NCBI GenBank assembly: GCA_963754315.1
Contig: CAVWFS010000007.1
Coordinates: 416,001-480,000 of the forward strand
Source: an uncultured Candidatus Rokubacteria bacterium
GTDB lineage: Bacteria; Methylomirabilota; Methylomirabilia; Rokubacteriales; CSP1-6
Length of the DNA: 64,000 nucleotides
Reading direction: 5' to 3'
The translations under genes and the position numbers were made by a program. The notes under the pieces are model-generated. The model was given only the letters and a program-made list of their open reading frames with translations. It was not told the DNA's origin and made no database searches. Position 1 is the first letter of the stretch, and every line of letters begins with the position of its first letter. Positions 38,817 to 48,693 of this stretch are shown here, piece by piece.

Positions 38817-40280
38817 TCAGCGCCCGGACGTCCCCTTCGGCGATTTAACGTATTCCAGCGCGATCCGCTGAAATACCTCTGCCTGTGTAGGATAGCAGTG
38901 GACCGTCTCAGCCAGCGCCTCCATCGGCAGTTTGCTCGTGACAGCCAGAGTCAGCTCGCTGATCATCTCCCCCGCGTGCGCCGCCACTAATGTCGCACCG
39001 ACGATCTCGCCGGTCCCTTTGCGGGTGTAGATCGCCGCGAACCCCTCCTCTTCACCATCAATGAATGCCCGCTCCACCTTTGAAAGTTCCAGGTGGTGTG
39101 TGTCCAAGGCGAACCCCTCCTCGGCCGCCCGGACCGGGGTCAAGCCGACGGTGGCTACCTCGGGGTCGGTGTAGGTGCAATGCGGAATGACCAAGTCGCG
39201 CGCCGGGCGGTTCGCTCCGTCCAGAGCGTTCGCAACGCACAACCGCGCCGTCGCCATCGCTGCGTGCGTGTACTTTTCCGGGAACGCCACGTCACCGGCG
39301 GCATAGACTGCCGGGTTGCTTGTCCGCAGAAACGCATCGACCTCCACGGCCCCATCTTTTACTCCTATCTCCGCGGCCTCCAGCCCTAGGTCGTCTACGT
39401 TTGCCCTGCGCCCGATGCCCAGCAGAAGCGCGTCATATTCAAGTTCCCGCGTTTCGTCCTGGTCTCGGACCGTCAGCCGGCCCTTCGCCGCCAGCACCGC
39501 CCTAAATCCCAAATGCAGGCGAATTCCATCGCGCTCTAACCGCCGGCGCAGCACCTCGCCCGCCTCCGGCTGGTCCTTCGGCAAGAGGTGGTTTCCCGAA
39601 TGGACAAGGTCCACCTCGCCACCAAGGAGACGAAATGCCTGAGCTAGTTCGCTGCCCATCGGCCCGCCCCCAAGTACCACCAGCCTCCGAGGGAGTTCAG
39701 TCAGTGAAAAGACGCTTTCGTTGTTCAAGTACTCGCCCTCCCGGAGCCCCTCGATGACCGGGGCTACGGGGCGCGAGCCAGTCGCAAGCACCGCCTTGTT
39801 GAAACGCAGCTCGCGACCATCCACCGCCACCGTGTTCGGCTTGATAAAGCGGGTGTGACCGAGGTAGACGTCTACCCCTGCCTCGGCAACCAGTTGAACG
39901 GCGTCACCGGCGCTGCTCATGGACCGGATGCGGCGGACTCGTTCCATGACCTTGGCGAAATCGACTTGCGGGGGTGTGTTGAGCCGGAAGGCGAAATCAG
40001 CTCCACGCCTGGCCTCGTGGACTGCGCGGGCGCAGCGGATCAGTGCCTTGCTTGGCGTACAGCCGAAGTTGACGCAGGTCCCGCCAGTCAACAGCTTCTC
40101 GGTCATGGCGACGTGGTGGCCGCCCACCGCGGCCGTCAGAGCGGCGATCAACCCGGCTGGACCCCCTCCGAGGACCACAAGATCGTAGTTGCCGCCGGGC
40201 GGGTTCTGCCAATTCGGCGGGTGGCCCTGGTTGATCGTGCGTTGGTTATGCGCATCTGCTGGTAATAATTTCACTATCAT
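38817..40280 (-). CDS. Class I pyridine nucleotide-disulfide oxidoreductase (MerA/RclA/LpdA-like, no C-terminal Cys pair)
   Basis: GGGPAG, GGTCVNFGCTPSKAL, GGGPMG.E, YAAGD, HCYPTQAE. Confidence 0.92.
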   Translation of the reverse strand: MIVKLLPADAHNQRTINQGHPPNWQNPPGGNYDLVVLGGGPAGLIAALTAAVGGHHVAMTEKLLTGGTCVNFGCTPSKALIRCARAVHEARRGADFAFRLNTPPQVDFAKVMERVRRIRSMSSAGDAVQLVAEAGVDVYLGHTRFIKPNTVAVDGRELRFNKAVLATGSRPVAPVIEGLREGEYLNNESVFSLTELPRRLVVLGGGPMGSELAQAFRLLGGEVDLVHSGNHLLPKDQPEAGEVLRRRLERDGIRLHLGFRAVLAAKGRLTVRDQDETRELEYDALLLGIGRRANVDDLGLEAAEIGVKDGAVEVDAFLRTSNPAVYAAGDVAFPEKYTHAAMATARLCVANALDGANRPARDLVIPHCTYTDPEVATVGLTPVRAAEEGFALDTHHLELSKVERAFIDGEEEGFAAIYTRKGTGEIVGATLVAAHAGEMISELTLAVTSKLPMEALAETVHCYPTQAEVFQRIALEYVKSPKGTSGR

Positions 40281-40376
40281 CGTCGTGTCCTCTCTGGATG
40301 GTTAAAATCCGCCCTGCCTCAGCGTGCGGTCGAAGATGAACGCCACGCTGAATATGGCGGGGTCTCCTGTCAAGTA

Positions 40377-40715
40377 TCAGATGTGCGTCGTAGCAGACGA
40401 CTTACGCCCGCGCTCGATGCCTTGCAGCGCCTCTCCCAACGACCAGAGTGCGGCGCCAAGGAGGACGACATCCTTGAGCAGAAACTGCCCCGGCGCGACA
40501 GAGAGCGCTGGGAATCCGCCGAGGCTCGGCTCCCAGCCGGGGGTTGACACGAGAAAGCTCAGCGTTGTGAGGAACATCACCACCGCTGCCCCGCTCCCAA
40601 CCGCCGCCACGGCGGCCGACAGCGGTCGCAGGGCGATCGTTAGGGCGATGGCGAGTTCCACGACACCCAAGACGTTGGAAAATGCTTGGATACTTAAGAC
40701 GTGATAAGCTCTGAC
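40377..40715 (-). pseudogene. DUF417/YkgB (RclC-like) membrane protein, C-terminal half
   Basis: YHVLSIQAFSNVLGVVE...FLTTLSFLVSTPGWEPSLGGFPALS..PGQFLLKD. Confidence 0.8.
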
Positions 40716-40902
40716 GACTCTCATCGACGTCTCCTTTACTGATGTAAGTGCGAGGAGAGGACCGCGCTCTTGCGCCGCTCTCTCAGTGAGTTCCAGTTGC
40801 CACGTCTCTCTGCACGCCACCCGAAGGCGCAAGCGCCCGACGCTGCACTACCGTTGCCACCCTCGTCGACGCCCACACCGTGAGCAACGACCTGGCGGCT
40901 GC

Positions 40903-41163
40903 CTAGCGCCTGGCCGGGAGCTCGAGCTCGCTCAGCCCGCCGAGGTCGACGCACATCATCTCCCGCACCTCGACGAGCACCATCACGATGTTGTGGCAGA
41001 CGCGGCAGCGGACGACGACGCCCGGGCCGCCGAGATAGACCTCGCACTCGGCCAGCGGGCCGCGCGCCCCGCAGCGGCCGCACTGCGCCTGCGCCATCGT
41101 CATCTCGCCGCCGAAGACGTGGTACAGCATTCCGCCGATCGCGTTGCCGTCGAGCGCCTCCAT
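40903..41163 (-). CDS. DUF6510-family small Cys-rich protein
   Basis: MEALDGNAIGG...C.RCG...GPGVVVRCRVC. Confidence 0.8.
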   Translation of the reverse strand: MEALDGNAIGGMLYHVFGGEMTMAQAQCGRCGARGPLAECEVYLGGPGVVVRCRVCHNIVMVLVEVREMMCVDLGGLSELELPARR

Positions 41164-41894
41164 CAGCGTCCTCCCGTCGCTCCGAACCGCTCGGTCTTGA
41201 TGCGTCCCGGCGCGTAGCCGAGCTCGACCAGGCCGGCCGCGACCGACTCCACGAAGCTCGTCGGACCGCAGACGAACGCCAGCGGCCCGTCCTCGGCCGG
41301 CCAGGCGACCTCGCGCAGGAGGTCGGCGTCGACTCGACGCGCGTATCCCGTCCACCCGGGCGGCTGCGCGCGCGTGAGCGTGTGGACGACCTCCTCCCCG
41401 TCGAGCTCCGCGCGGTAGATGACGTCCTCGAGGGTGCGCGAGGAGTAGAGCAGCCGCGCTCTCACCTCGCTCATGCTGTTGCGCCGATGGCGCAGGATCG
41501 CCCGCATCGGGGCGACGCCGGAGCCTCCGGCCGCGAGGAACAGCGGGCCGCCGTCGTCTGGGCGCCAGACGAAATAGCCGCCGATCGGCCCGCGGACCTC
41601 GAACGCGTCGCCCGGCCGCACGTCCTTCGTCAGGTACGGCGAGACCTCCCCGTCCTCGAGCCGCTCGACGGTGATCACCGGCGGCTCGCCGGGGGCGGAG
41701 GCGAGCGAGTACGCGCGCTCGGCGCGGTAGCCGTCCTCGGCCGTCAGCCGGACGTCGACGTGCTGGCCCGCGACGTGGCCCGGCCAGCCCGGGACCTCGA
41801 GCTCGAGGGTGCGCACGCGCGGCGTCTCGTCGACGACCGCCGTCACGGTCGCGACGCGCCAGGTCAGTCGCCCGAGTAGCGCTGCTCCCGCCAC
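41163..41894 (-). CDS. Ferredoxin reductase (FNR-like)
   Basis: GQHVDVRLTAEDGY, RAYSLAS, GEVSPYL, GGSGVAP, VCGPT, ERFG; GTG start overlaps the upstream gene. Confidence 0.9.
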   Translation of the reverse strand: MAGAALLGRLTWRVATVTAVVDETPRVRTLELEVPGWPGHVAGQHVDVRLTAEDGYRAERAYSLASAPGEPPVITVERLEDGEVSPYLTKDVRPGDAFEVRGPIGGYFVWRPDDGGPLFLAAGGSGVAPMRAILRHRRNSMSEVRARLLYSSRTLEDVIYRAELDGEEVVHTLTRAQPPGWTGYARRVDADLLREVAWPAEDGPLAFVCGPTSFVESVAAGLVELGYAPGRIKTERFGATGGR

Positions 41895-42469
41895 GGGTCG
41901 CCGTACATGTGGTAGCCGTACGTCTCCCAGAAGCCCGGCTCGTCCTCGTCGAGCAGGCGGAGCCCGCGCACCCACTTGGCGCTCTTCCAGAAGTAGAGGT
42001 GCGGGACGAGCAGCCGCGCCGGGCCGCCGTGCTCGGGGTCGAGGGGCTCGCCCTCGTAGGTGTAGACGACCCAGGCCTTCCCGCCGGTCACGTCCTCGAG
42101 CGGCAGGTTGGTCGTGTAGCCGCCGTCGCAGAACGCGAGCACGTAGCCCGCGTCGTGGTCGACCTGGTCGAGGAGCGTGTCGACCGACACGCCCTCCCAG
42201 GTCGTGTCGAGCTTCGACCAGCGGGTGACGCAGTGGATGTCGGCCGTGACCGGCTCGCTCGGGAGGGCGCGGAACTCCTCCCACGTCCACGTCCGGAGCA
42301 CGCCGCCGTTCTCGATCGAGAACGTCCACCGGTCGAGAGGCGTATGCGGCGTCGGGCCGGCCGAGAGCACCGGGAAGTCGCGGGTCACGGACTGGCCGGG
42401 AGGCACGCGGGCCGGATCGGTGTCCGCGTCCCGTCGCCGGCCGCGAAAGCCGCGCGAGACGAAGCTCAT
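41864..42469 (-). CDS. Sulfite oxidase-like molybdopterin oxidoreductase
   Basis: RVPPGQ, DIHCVTRWSK, HGGPARLLVPHLYFWKSAKW, GFWE.YGYH.YGDPW.EQRY. Confidence 0.92.
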   Translation of the reverse strand: MSFVSRGFRGRRRDADTDPARVPPGQSVTRDFPVLSAGPTPHTPLDRWTFSIENGGVLRTWTWEEFRALPSEPVTADIHCVTRWSKLDTTWEGVSVDTLLDQVDHDAGYVLAFCDGGYTTNLPLEDVTGGKAWVVYTYEGEPLDPEHGGPARLLVPHLYFWKSAKWVRGLRLLDEDEPGFWETYGYHMYGDPWREQRYSGD

Positions 42470-42524
42470 ATCGGTCTCCTTGTGTGCCACGAACGGTGAG
42501 ACAGAAAGGCCACCGAGCAACCGA

Positions 42525-42911
42525 TCACCTTTCCGGCACGGTAAGCGGAGCCCCCTTCTGCTTCACAAAGAACCCCAGGAGCTTGGCAGGCTTTGTAGTG
42601 CTGGCATTCCGGGAAACCGCGTGCACGTCTTCCGGCGACTCATAGAATGTCTGGCCCGGCCCCAGTGTCACTTCCTTCCCACCCTTCACCTGCATCACCA
42701 CTGCCCCTTCCAGCACATAGACAAACGAATAAGCATTGTGCCGGTGCGGAGGGTCCGACCCGCCCGGCGCGTACTCCACCATGACCATCGAGCCCTCTTT
42801 GCCGTCTGTTCCCGCCAGGTCCTTCGTCATTAGCGGCGTCACCTTGGCCACTTGAGCCTCGGCGGTAGCCGCCGCCAAGCTAAGCGATAACGCGATCAGC
42901 ACCTTGGTCAT
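42525..42911 (-). CDS. Secreted cupin-domain protein
   Basis: Signal peptide; VEYAPGG....HRH.A..FVYVLEG, GQTFYESPEDVH.VSRNAS. Confidence 0.9.
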   Translation of the reverse strand: MTKVLIALSLSLAAATAEAQVAKVTPLMTKDLAGTDGKEGSMVMVEYAPGGSDPPHRHNAYSFVYVLEGAVVMQVKGGKEVTLGPGQTFYESPEDVHAVSRNASTTKPAKLLGFFVKQKGAPLTVPER

Positions 42912-42929
42912 TGCTCTCCTCCTTGTACT

Positions 42930-43010
42930 TTACGTGTCGCCGGCTGATATTCGCCAGGCACAGCCCGGAAAGGGCACCGACAGACGATTCCACCTGTTAA
43001 TCACCGGTAA
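42930..43010 (-). pseudogene. C-terminal fragment of a carboxymuconolactone decarboxylase/AhpD gene
   Basis: INRWNRLSVPFRAVPGEYQPA directly upstream of the cupin. Confidence 0.6.
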
Positions 43011-43199
43011 CATCCTTGTCATATGTCATGGTTGTCATGCCCCCTCCGTGGACTTCCTGCACTCGCGCCGCACTCGCAAGCCCTACCGTAACGGCAAACA
43101 CAACCATCAAACGAAGCAAATACGCGTACCGTGCTACGTACCAGCGCTGTGCATCGCATTGCGCACCTCCTAGCGTGCGCTTTGCTGGAGGATCTGCTG

Positions 43200-43721
43200 T
43201 TACGCATGCTTTGCAACCTTGTCGGCACGAATCGGCAGTCTCCAGTGGGGCCGGACGAAATGACAGGTGTAACCGTCGGGATATCGTTGGAGATAATCCT
43301 GATGCTCGAGTTCGGCCTCCCAGAAGTCGCGAGCCGGAACGACTTCCGTAAGGACCTTGCCCGGCCACAGGCCTGAAGCATCGACGTCGGCGATGGTGTC
43401 TTCGGCAATCCGCTTCTGCTCGTCACTGGTGTAGAAGATCGCAGATCGGTAGCTGGCCCCGAAGTCGTTGCCTTGGCGATTGCGCGTGCTTGGGTCGTGA
43501 ATCTGGAAGAAGAATTCGAGGATCTGCCGATAGCTGACCCGGGCAGGATCAAAGATGACCTCGACTGCTTCGGCATGTGAGCCGTGATTGCGATAGGTAG
43601 CGTGGGACACGCTGCCGCCGGTGTAGCCGACCCGTGTCGACAGAACGCCATCGTAGCGGCGAAGAAGATCCTGCACGCCCCAGAAGCAACCGCCGGCAAG
43701 AACAGCGCGTTCCTCAGTCAT
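43200..43721 (-). CDS. msrA: Peptide-methionine (S)-S-oxide reductase
   Basis: AGGCFWG, RVGYTGG, HAEAVE, HDP...RQGND.G..YRSAIF, AE.EHQDYL. Confidence 0.96.
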   Translation of the reverse strand: MTEERAVLAGGCFWGVQDLLRRYDGVLSTRVGYTGGSVSHATYRNHGSHAEAVEVIFDPARVSYRQILEFFFQIHDPSTRNRQGNDFGASYRSAIFYTSDEQKRIAEDTIADVDASGLWPGKVLTEVVPARDFWEAELEHQDYLQRYPDGYTCHFVRPHWRLPIRADKVAKHA

Positions 43722-43777
43722 TGGACACCCTCCTGTCCATCGCCAAAAGGCGCCGGGCGCCAGGCGAATCGAGCTGT

Positions 43778-44167
43778 CGGAGTTTCGTGATGGGCCCCCC
43801 GGGGCGTCCTCAACCCCGCGTCGGTGCCGAGGAGGGCATCGAGCAGCTCGTCATGGAGACGCGGTACGCTCTCGGTGCCGCAGCGGCGAGGGCCGCAGGC
43901 GCGCGGCGCGCGGCGGGGGATCGACACCGTGTTGATCTCCCGCTTGACCTTCTTCGCGTTGGCGCGGACCAGCGCGACCTTTCGGTCCCAGCCGCGCGTG
44001 AGGACGGCGCCGGCAGCGCCGAGGTCGAGGCAGGTGACGTATGCCTCCTGGTGGTACGGCGACGTGGGGACGCCGAGCAGATCCGCCGCGGCGTTGTTGC
44101 CGGCGAAGGCGCCGAGCCGTGTCGCGTGCTGGCGCCGACATGAGCGCATGATGGCCCACGTCGTCGC
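43778..44167 (-). repeat. Degenerate direct duplicate of 44318-44706
   Basis: Long near-identical tracts at about 540-nt offset, with scattered indels and substitutions. Confidence 0.9.
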
Positions 44168-44347
44168 AGTCGCGAACAATCCAGCCTTACGCAGGCGTGA
44201 TGGAGCTAACGACTACCTCCGGACGTCACGTCGAGATCCCCCAAGCCGATGACTTGGGACCGTCAGGCGAACCGGAAAGGAGTCGGACCAGATTATGCCG
44301 AAGGACAGGAGAATTCGCGGAGTTTCGTGATGGGCCCCCGGGCGTCC

Positions 44348-45601
44348 TCAAGCCGCGTCGGTGCCGAGGAGCGCATCGAGCAGCTCGTCATGGAGATGCG
44401 TGACGCTCTCGGGCGCCGCAGCGGCGAGGGCCGCAGCGCGATCGGCGCGCGGCGGGTAGATCCACACCGTGTTGATCTCCCGCTTGACCTTCTTCGCGTT
44501 GGCGCCGACCAGCGCGACCTTTCGGTCCCAGCCGCGCGTGAAGACGGCGCCGGCAGCGCCGAGGTCGAGGCAGGTGACGTACGCCTCCTGGTGGTACGGC
44601 GACGTGGGGACGCCGAGCAGATCGGCCGCGGCGTTGTTGCCGGCGAAGGCGCCGAGCCGTGTCGCGTGCTGGCACGACATGAGCGCGTGATGGCCCACGT
44701 CGTCGCTCGCGGCCTTGGCGGCGTCGCCGGTGGCGAACACCGTCGGTACCTCCGCAACTCGCAGATCCCGATCGACCAGCAGCCGGCCGGAACCGTCGCG
44801 CTCGGCCGGGATCTGGGCCGTCAGCGGAGTGGCGCGCAGGCCGGCCGCCCAGATCACCGTGGCCGCTTCGATGCGCTCTCGATCGGTGAGCGTGACGCCG
44901 GTTCCGTCGAGCGCGGCGACGCCGGCGCCGAGCCGGGTCTCCACGCCGAGCTCGCGCAGAGCCGCCTCGATCACGGGGCGCGGATTCGCACCCATGTCCG
45001 GAGCGATCACGTCGCCGCGCTCGACGATCACGACCCGGATCGGGGCATCCTCGCCGAGGATGGCGCGCAGCCGCGCCGGCATCTCGGTCGCGGCCTCGAT
45101 GCCGGTGAAGCCGCCGCCTGCGACCACCACCGTCGCGCGCGCCGCAGACCGGGGCGCATCGGCCAGGCGATGGAGGTGGCGGTCGAGAGCCACCGCGTCG
45201 TCGAGCGAGTCCACGCTGAAGCCGTGCTCGGCGAGGCCGGGAAGGTTCGGCCGGAACAGGCGGCTGCCCGCAGCGAGGACCAGCCGGTCGTACGTCAGGG
45301 CGCTGCGCTGGTCGCGAGGAGCGACGACGTCGACCGAGCCGGCCTTGGTGTCGATCGTCTCGACGCTGCCCTGCACGTACACCACGTTCGTCGCCCGGAA
45401 CAGTTCGAGGAGCGGCGCGGTCAACGTCTCGGGCGCGGGTTCGTAGAGGCGCGGCCGGATCACCAGCACCGGCTGAGGCGAGATCACCGCGATCTCGAGC
45501 TCGTCGGGCGAGACACCCTTCGCGTCGCGGAGGCGTGCAGCCGAGAGCGCCGCGTTCATGCCGGCGAAGCCGGCTCCGATGACGACGAGTCGCTGTTGCA
45601 T
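44348..45601 (-). CDS. NDH-2-like FAD/NAD(P)-dependent oxidoreductase
   Basis: VIGAGFAG, RPRLYE, YDRLVLAAGS, GGGFTGIE, FATGD, MSCQHA. Confidence 0.92.
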   Translation of the reverse strand: MQQRLVVIGAGFAGMNAALSAARLRDAKGVSPDELEIAVISPQPVLVIRPRLYEPAPETLTAPLLELFRATNVVYVQGSVETIDTKAGSVDVVAPRDQRSALTYDRLVLAAGSRLFRPNLPGLAEHGFSVDSLDDAVALDRHLHRLADAPRSAARATVVVAGGGFTGIEAATEMPARLRAILGEDAPIRVVIVERGDVIAPDMGANPRPVIEAALRELGVETRLGAGVAALDGTGVTLTDRERIEAATVIWAAGLRATPLTAQIPAERDGSGRLLVDRDLRVAEVPTVFATGDAAKAASDDVGHHALMSCQHATRLGAFAGNNAAADLLGVPTSPYHQEAYVTCLDLGAAGAVFTRGWDRKVALVGANAKKVKREINTVWIYPPRADRAAALAAAAPESVTHLHDELLDALLGTDAA

Positions 45602-45627
45602 GGGTCACCTCTCCGGCGAGCTCGCGC

Positions 45628-45709
45628 GGCCGCCTAAGTGAGTTATGAACCCCGCAAAGCCGTAATGGCGGCCCCGGTCAGGTGCAGCGGAGAGGGGGCA
45701 TGGTTCGGC
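45628..45709 (-). repeat. Truncated attC-like element
   Basis: Minus strand GCCGAAC...GCTGCACCTGACCGGGGCCGCC...GGCGGCC; right arm and R' are missing. Confidence 0.4.
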
Positions 45710-45738
45710 ACAGCCACTGCACACCCGCGACAACCCGT

Positions 45739-46647
45739 TCATTGGTCCAACCATTGCAGCCGACGGGGCGCGAAGTTCAGAGTCTTTTTCGCCTTCCCGT
45801 TTGTCGCCCCTCGGAGCTTTGTGCCGTAGTAGACGGCGTCCTCGCCGCCTCGTTCTCGCCCCTCCTGTTCAGTCACCTGGGGCGGGGGCGGGGCCCCGAC
45901 CCACCGCGCGAACGCCGGCAGCCAGCGGCTGACCGGGGACGGGTCGTCATCCACGACATGATACACGCCCGGCGGGGCCGTCAGGGCGGCGACCGTTGCG
46001 ACCGCCGCGTCCTCGATGTGGACCCACGACCAGACGCCTTCCCCCGCGCCGATGATCGCCAGTTCCTGCTTCCGCGCTTGGTCCGCTGCGGCGCCGTCCG
46101 GGTTGTACCAGGTGCCCGGCCCGTAGAAGAACCCGTACCGCAGGGCGACCCCTTCGATACCCTCCGCGTTCAGCACCCGCGACTCCAGCTCGGCGTAGGT
46201 CCGCGCGCTCGCCGCCACGCGGGGGCTGGCATCGACCGCCATGCCCTCGGACTCGTCGGCCAGCCCGCTGCCCGGTTTGAGGAAGAAGCCGCTGGACTGC
46301 TGGATATACCGCCGCACCCCGCACGCCCGCGCGGCGCGGTGGAGGTTCCCGCCGCCTTCGAGGCGCAACTTCCGGTCTCCGGCCGCGGCGGCGGCCATTT
46401 CCGACGGGTGCCGGGGCAACGCGGTCAACTCGTCGATGACGACTTCCGCCCGTGACTCCTGAAGCGCCCGTTCCAGTGCCGGTGCGTCGAACGCGCTCAC
46501 ATGGGCGACAGCCGCGCCGAGGCCCGCGATGACCCGTGCGCCGGCGTCGGAGTTGGTCATGCCTGTTACGGCGTGACCTTGACGGACCAACTCGGCGAGG
46601 AGCGGGCGGCCAATCGCCCCACTCGCCCCCGCGACAAAGATGTTCAT
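45739..46647 (-). CDS. NAD-dependent epimerase/dehydratase-family protein
   Basis: IFVAGASGAIG, VIDELT.LP, LRYGFFYGPGT, SWVHIEDAA. Confidence 0.92.
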   Translation of the reverse strand: MNIFVAGASGAIGRPLLAELVRQGHAVTGMTNSDAGARVIAGLGAAVAHVSAFDAPALERALQESRAEVVIDELTALPRHPSEMAAAAAGDRKLRLEGGGNLHRAARACGVRRYIQQSSGFFLKPGSGLADESEGMAVDASPRVAASARTYAELESRVLNAEGIEGVALRYGFFYGPGTWYNPDGAAADQARKQELAIIGAGEGVWSWVHIEDAAVATVAALTAPPGVYHVVDDDPSPVSRWLPAFARWVGAPPPPQVTEQEGRERGGEDAVYYGTKLRGATNGKAKKTLNFAPRRLQWLDQ

Positions 46648-46681
46648 ATCGGTCTCTTATGGTGTTACGGTCTCGCCGGGG

Positions 46682-46755
46682 TTACTCTTTCTTCGGCTCG
46701 GGAATGGTCACCTGCTTGGCGTCCCGCGGGTGCAGTACGACGGCCAGGACACGGG
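46682..46755 (-). pseudogene. C-terminal stub of a probable cupin gene
   Basis: TRVLAVVLHPRDAKQVTIPEPKKE* directly upstream of the epimerase. Confidence 0.45.
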
Positions 46756-47085
46756 TCTGAGACGCAAGAGGGATGGGCGATGATCGGACCCTCGCGGTAT
46801 CCATGCGGCGATCACCCTCCATGGGGAGGCCGTCAGTGTAGCACGTAGCCTCCACGTCCAACTGCCGGTCACGGCCGTATCGGCCTATCCCACCTGTCGA
46901 CCTTGCCAGCACCTGATCGGATCTGGTCCCCAGGCACTTAGCCTCCTCGAGGAGGTGGCTGCTCAGGCATCTGTCGAGTCAAGGCGCCAATATAGGTCCC
47001 TCGCTCCCGCCCGAAGAGCTCGCACCACCTCAACGGCCATGGCGTTCATCCATGTTCATCGACTCGTCAGGCGAGATCGTGGCGG

Positions 47086-48460
47086 TCAGATGGCTCTCCC
47101 CGAGACGTGGTCGGGGATCCAGTTTCCGTGGAATCCGTAGGGCACCCGCACGGGCAGGTGCACGGACGCCACCGTCTCCAACGTCGCCGCGTCGACGAGC
47201 ACGAGGTCACTGGCTTCGCGACCGCCATCGTAGACGTAGCCCATCAGGACACCGTGGTCCTCGGCAGCGTCGGGCCCAGAGGGCACGAAGACGAACTCGC
47301 TGAGACCCTTGCCGGGTCCAAACGATCGCGACGCCTGCCGCCGCGAATCAAAGTCGTACTTGTACACGATGCTGTCGCCGACCTGCAGCTCGCCCGCAAC
47401 GCTGTACCCATAGCGATGACGCCGACCTGTGAGTCGTTCGTCGATGCGGGGGAACTCCTGGGCCCGGTCGTCGAGGCGTTCCTCGAACACTTTTCCGGCG
47501 TTGAGGTCGATCGTCCACCGATCGAGCGTCGGTCCTTCCTCGTTCGGGCCCGGAATCTCCGAGACGAACATCTTGGGGTGACGCACGACGTCGACCACGA
47601 TGCGCCCGTCGTGGTCGTACGCGTTCATCGTGTGGAACAGGTAGCATGGCTTGATCTCGAACCAGCGCAGATCGACGGCGTCACGGTCACGGGGCAGCAC
47701 GCCGACTCGGGCCCGGTAGTCGGGGTTCCACCGGTACGGAAACCCGCTCGGGGAGGTGGCGTCGGCATCGGCGCTGATCGCCTTCGGATCCAACGTCACC
47801 GGGAGATCGTAGACCACCACGTAGTTCTCGGTCAGGGAGAACGAGTGCATCGCCGGGGAGCCGGCGCACTCGATGTCAACGGTGCGTCGCACACGGGCGT
47901 TCGTGTCGAGGATTGAGTATTGGACCCGGTTCCCCCAGCCAAAGAAGTAGGATACTGCGTGCAGCTCACCGGTGGCCGGGTCGCGCAAGGGATGGGGGGT
48001 GTAAGGACCTTCAAGCGTGCCGTCGAAGTTGCTCCGGCCGATGGTCTCGAGGTCGTAGGTCAGTTCGTAAGGGTTCGTCGCCGGCCTCGACGACGACAAA
48101 GGTGCGCCCGGCTTGCTCGATCACGTTGGTGTTGGCGGCAAAGTCTCTGGCCGGAGAGATTGCGCCCGGTCGCCGCGGCTCGCCCAAGATCTCGGCGACG
48201 TCGTCGGAGCGCACGTAGCGGTTTCGGTACCACTCGGCCCGACCACCGCGTAGCCGGACCCCGTGCACCATCCCGGTGCCAGTGAACCAGTGATACGTCG
48301 CCGGGTCGGGATCCGTGATGGGGTTGGGGCCAGTGCGGACGTACCGGCCTTCGAGGTGGTCAGGGATAGCGCCAGTGACTGGCAGTTCGGTAACGGTGAC
48401 CTCGACGCGTACTGGGCCGAAGTTGCCTTGCAGAAACGAATTGCCCATCGCTCTCGTCAT
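47086..48460 (-). CDS. Carotenoid cleavage oxygenase family (frameshift near 48070)
   Basis: FLQGNFGPV, GPNP, HWFTG.GMVHG, MHSF.LTENY, FHTMNAY, EFPRIDER, E.VFVP, VPYGFHGNW. Confidence 0.9.
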
Positions 48461-48693
48461 GGCGAGCCTCCTTGTCGTTACGAACATGGTCCGATCCGGA
48501 CTATAAGCAGGCACGCTTCTGCCGTTCGCCAAAATCCCGGCTGGTGGTCAACGGTTGATCAGGCGCTGCTCTCAAGACAATCCTAGTTCAATGATCGCCA
48601 TCCTGCTCCGCCTTGATCATCGACAGGAGAAGACCTTGAGCCGAGTGATACAGTTCAGGCGACTAACAGTTCGGCGAAAGGTAGGGAAGTCGA

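Noticed and set aside
38817..40280. merA mercury resistance
   Set aside because: Lacks the C-terminal Cys-Cys pair and mer operon context.
44260..44290. SRP RNA-like TCAGG...CCGGAAAGG motif
   Set aside because: Does not match the CAGGTCCGGAAGGAAGCAG core and has no enclosing long hairpin.
37594..46998. Other TGTCGA hexamers (37594, 46895, 46972)
   Set aside because: No CGAC/CGTC at 17-nt spacing.
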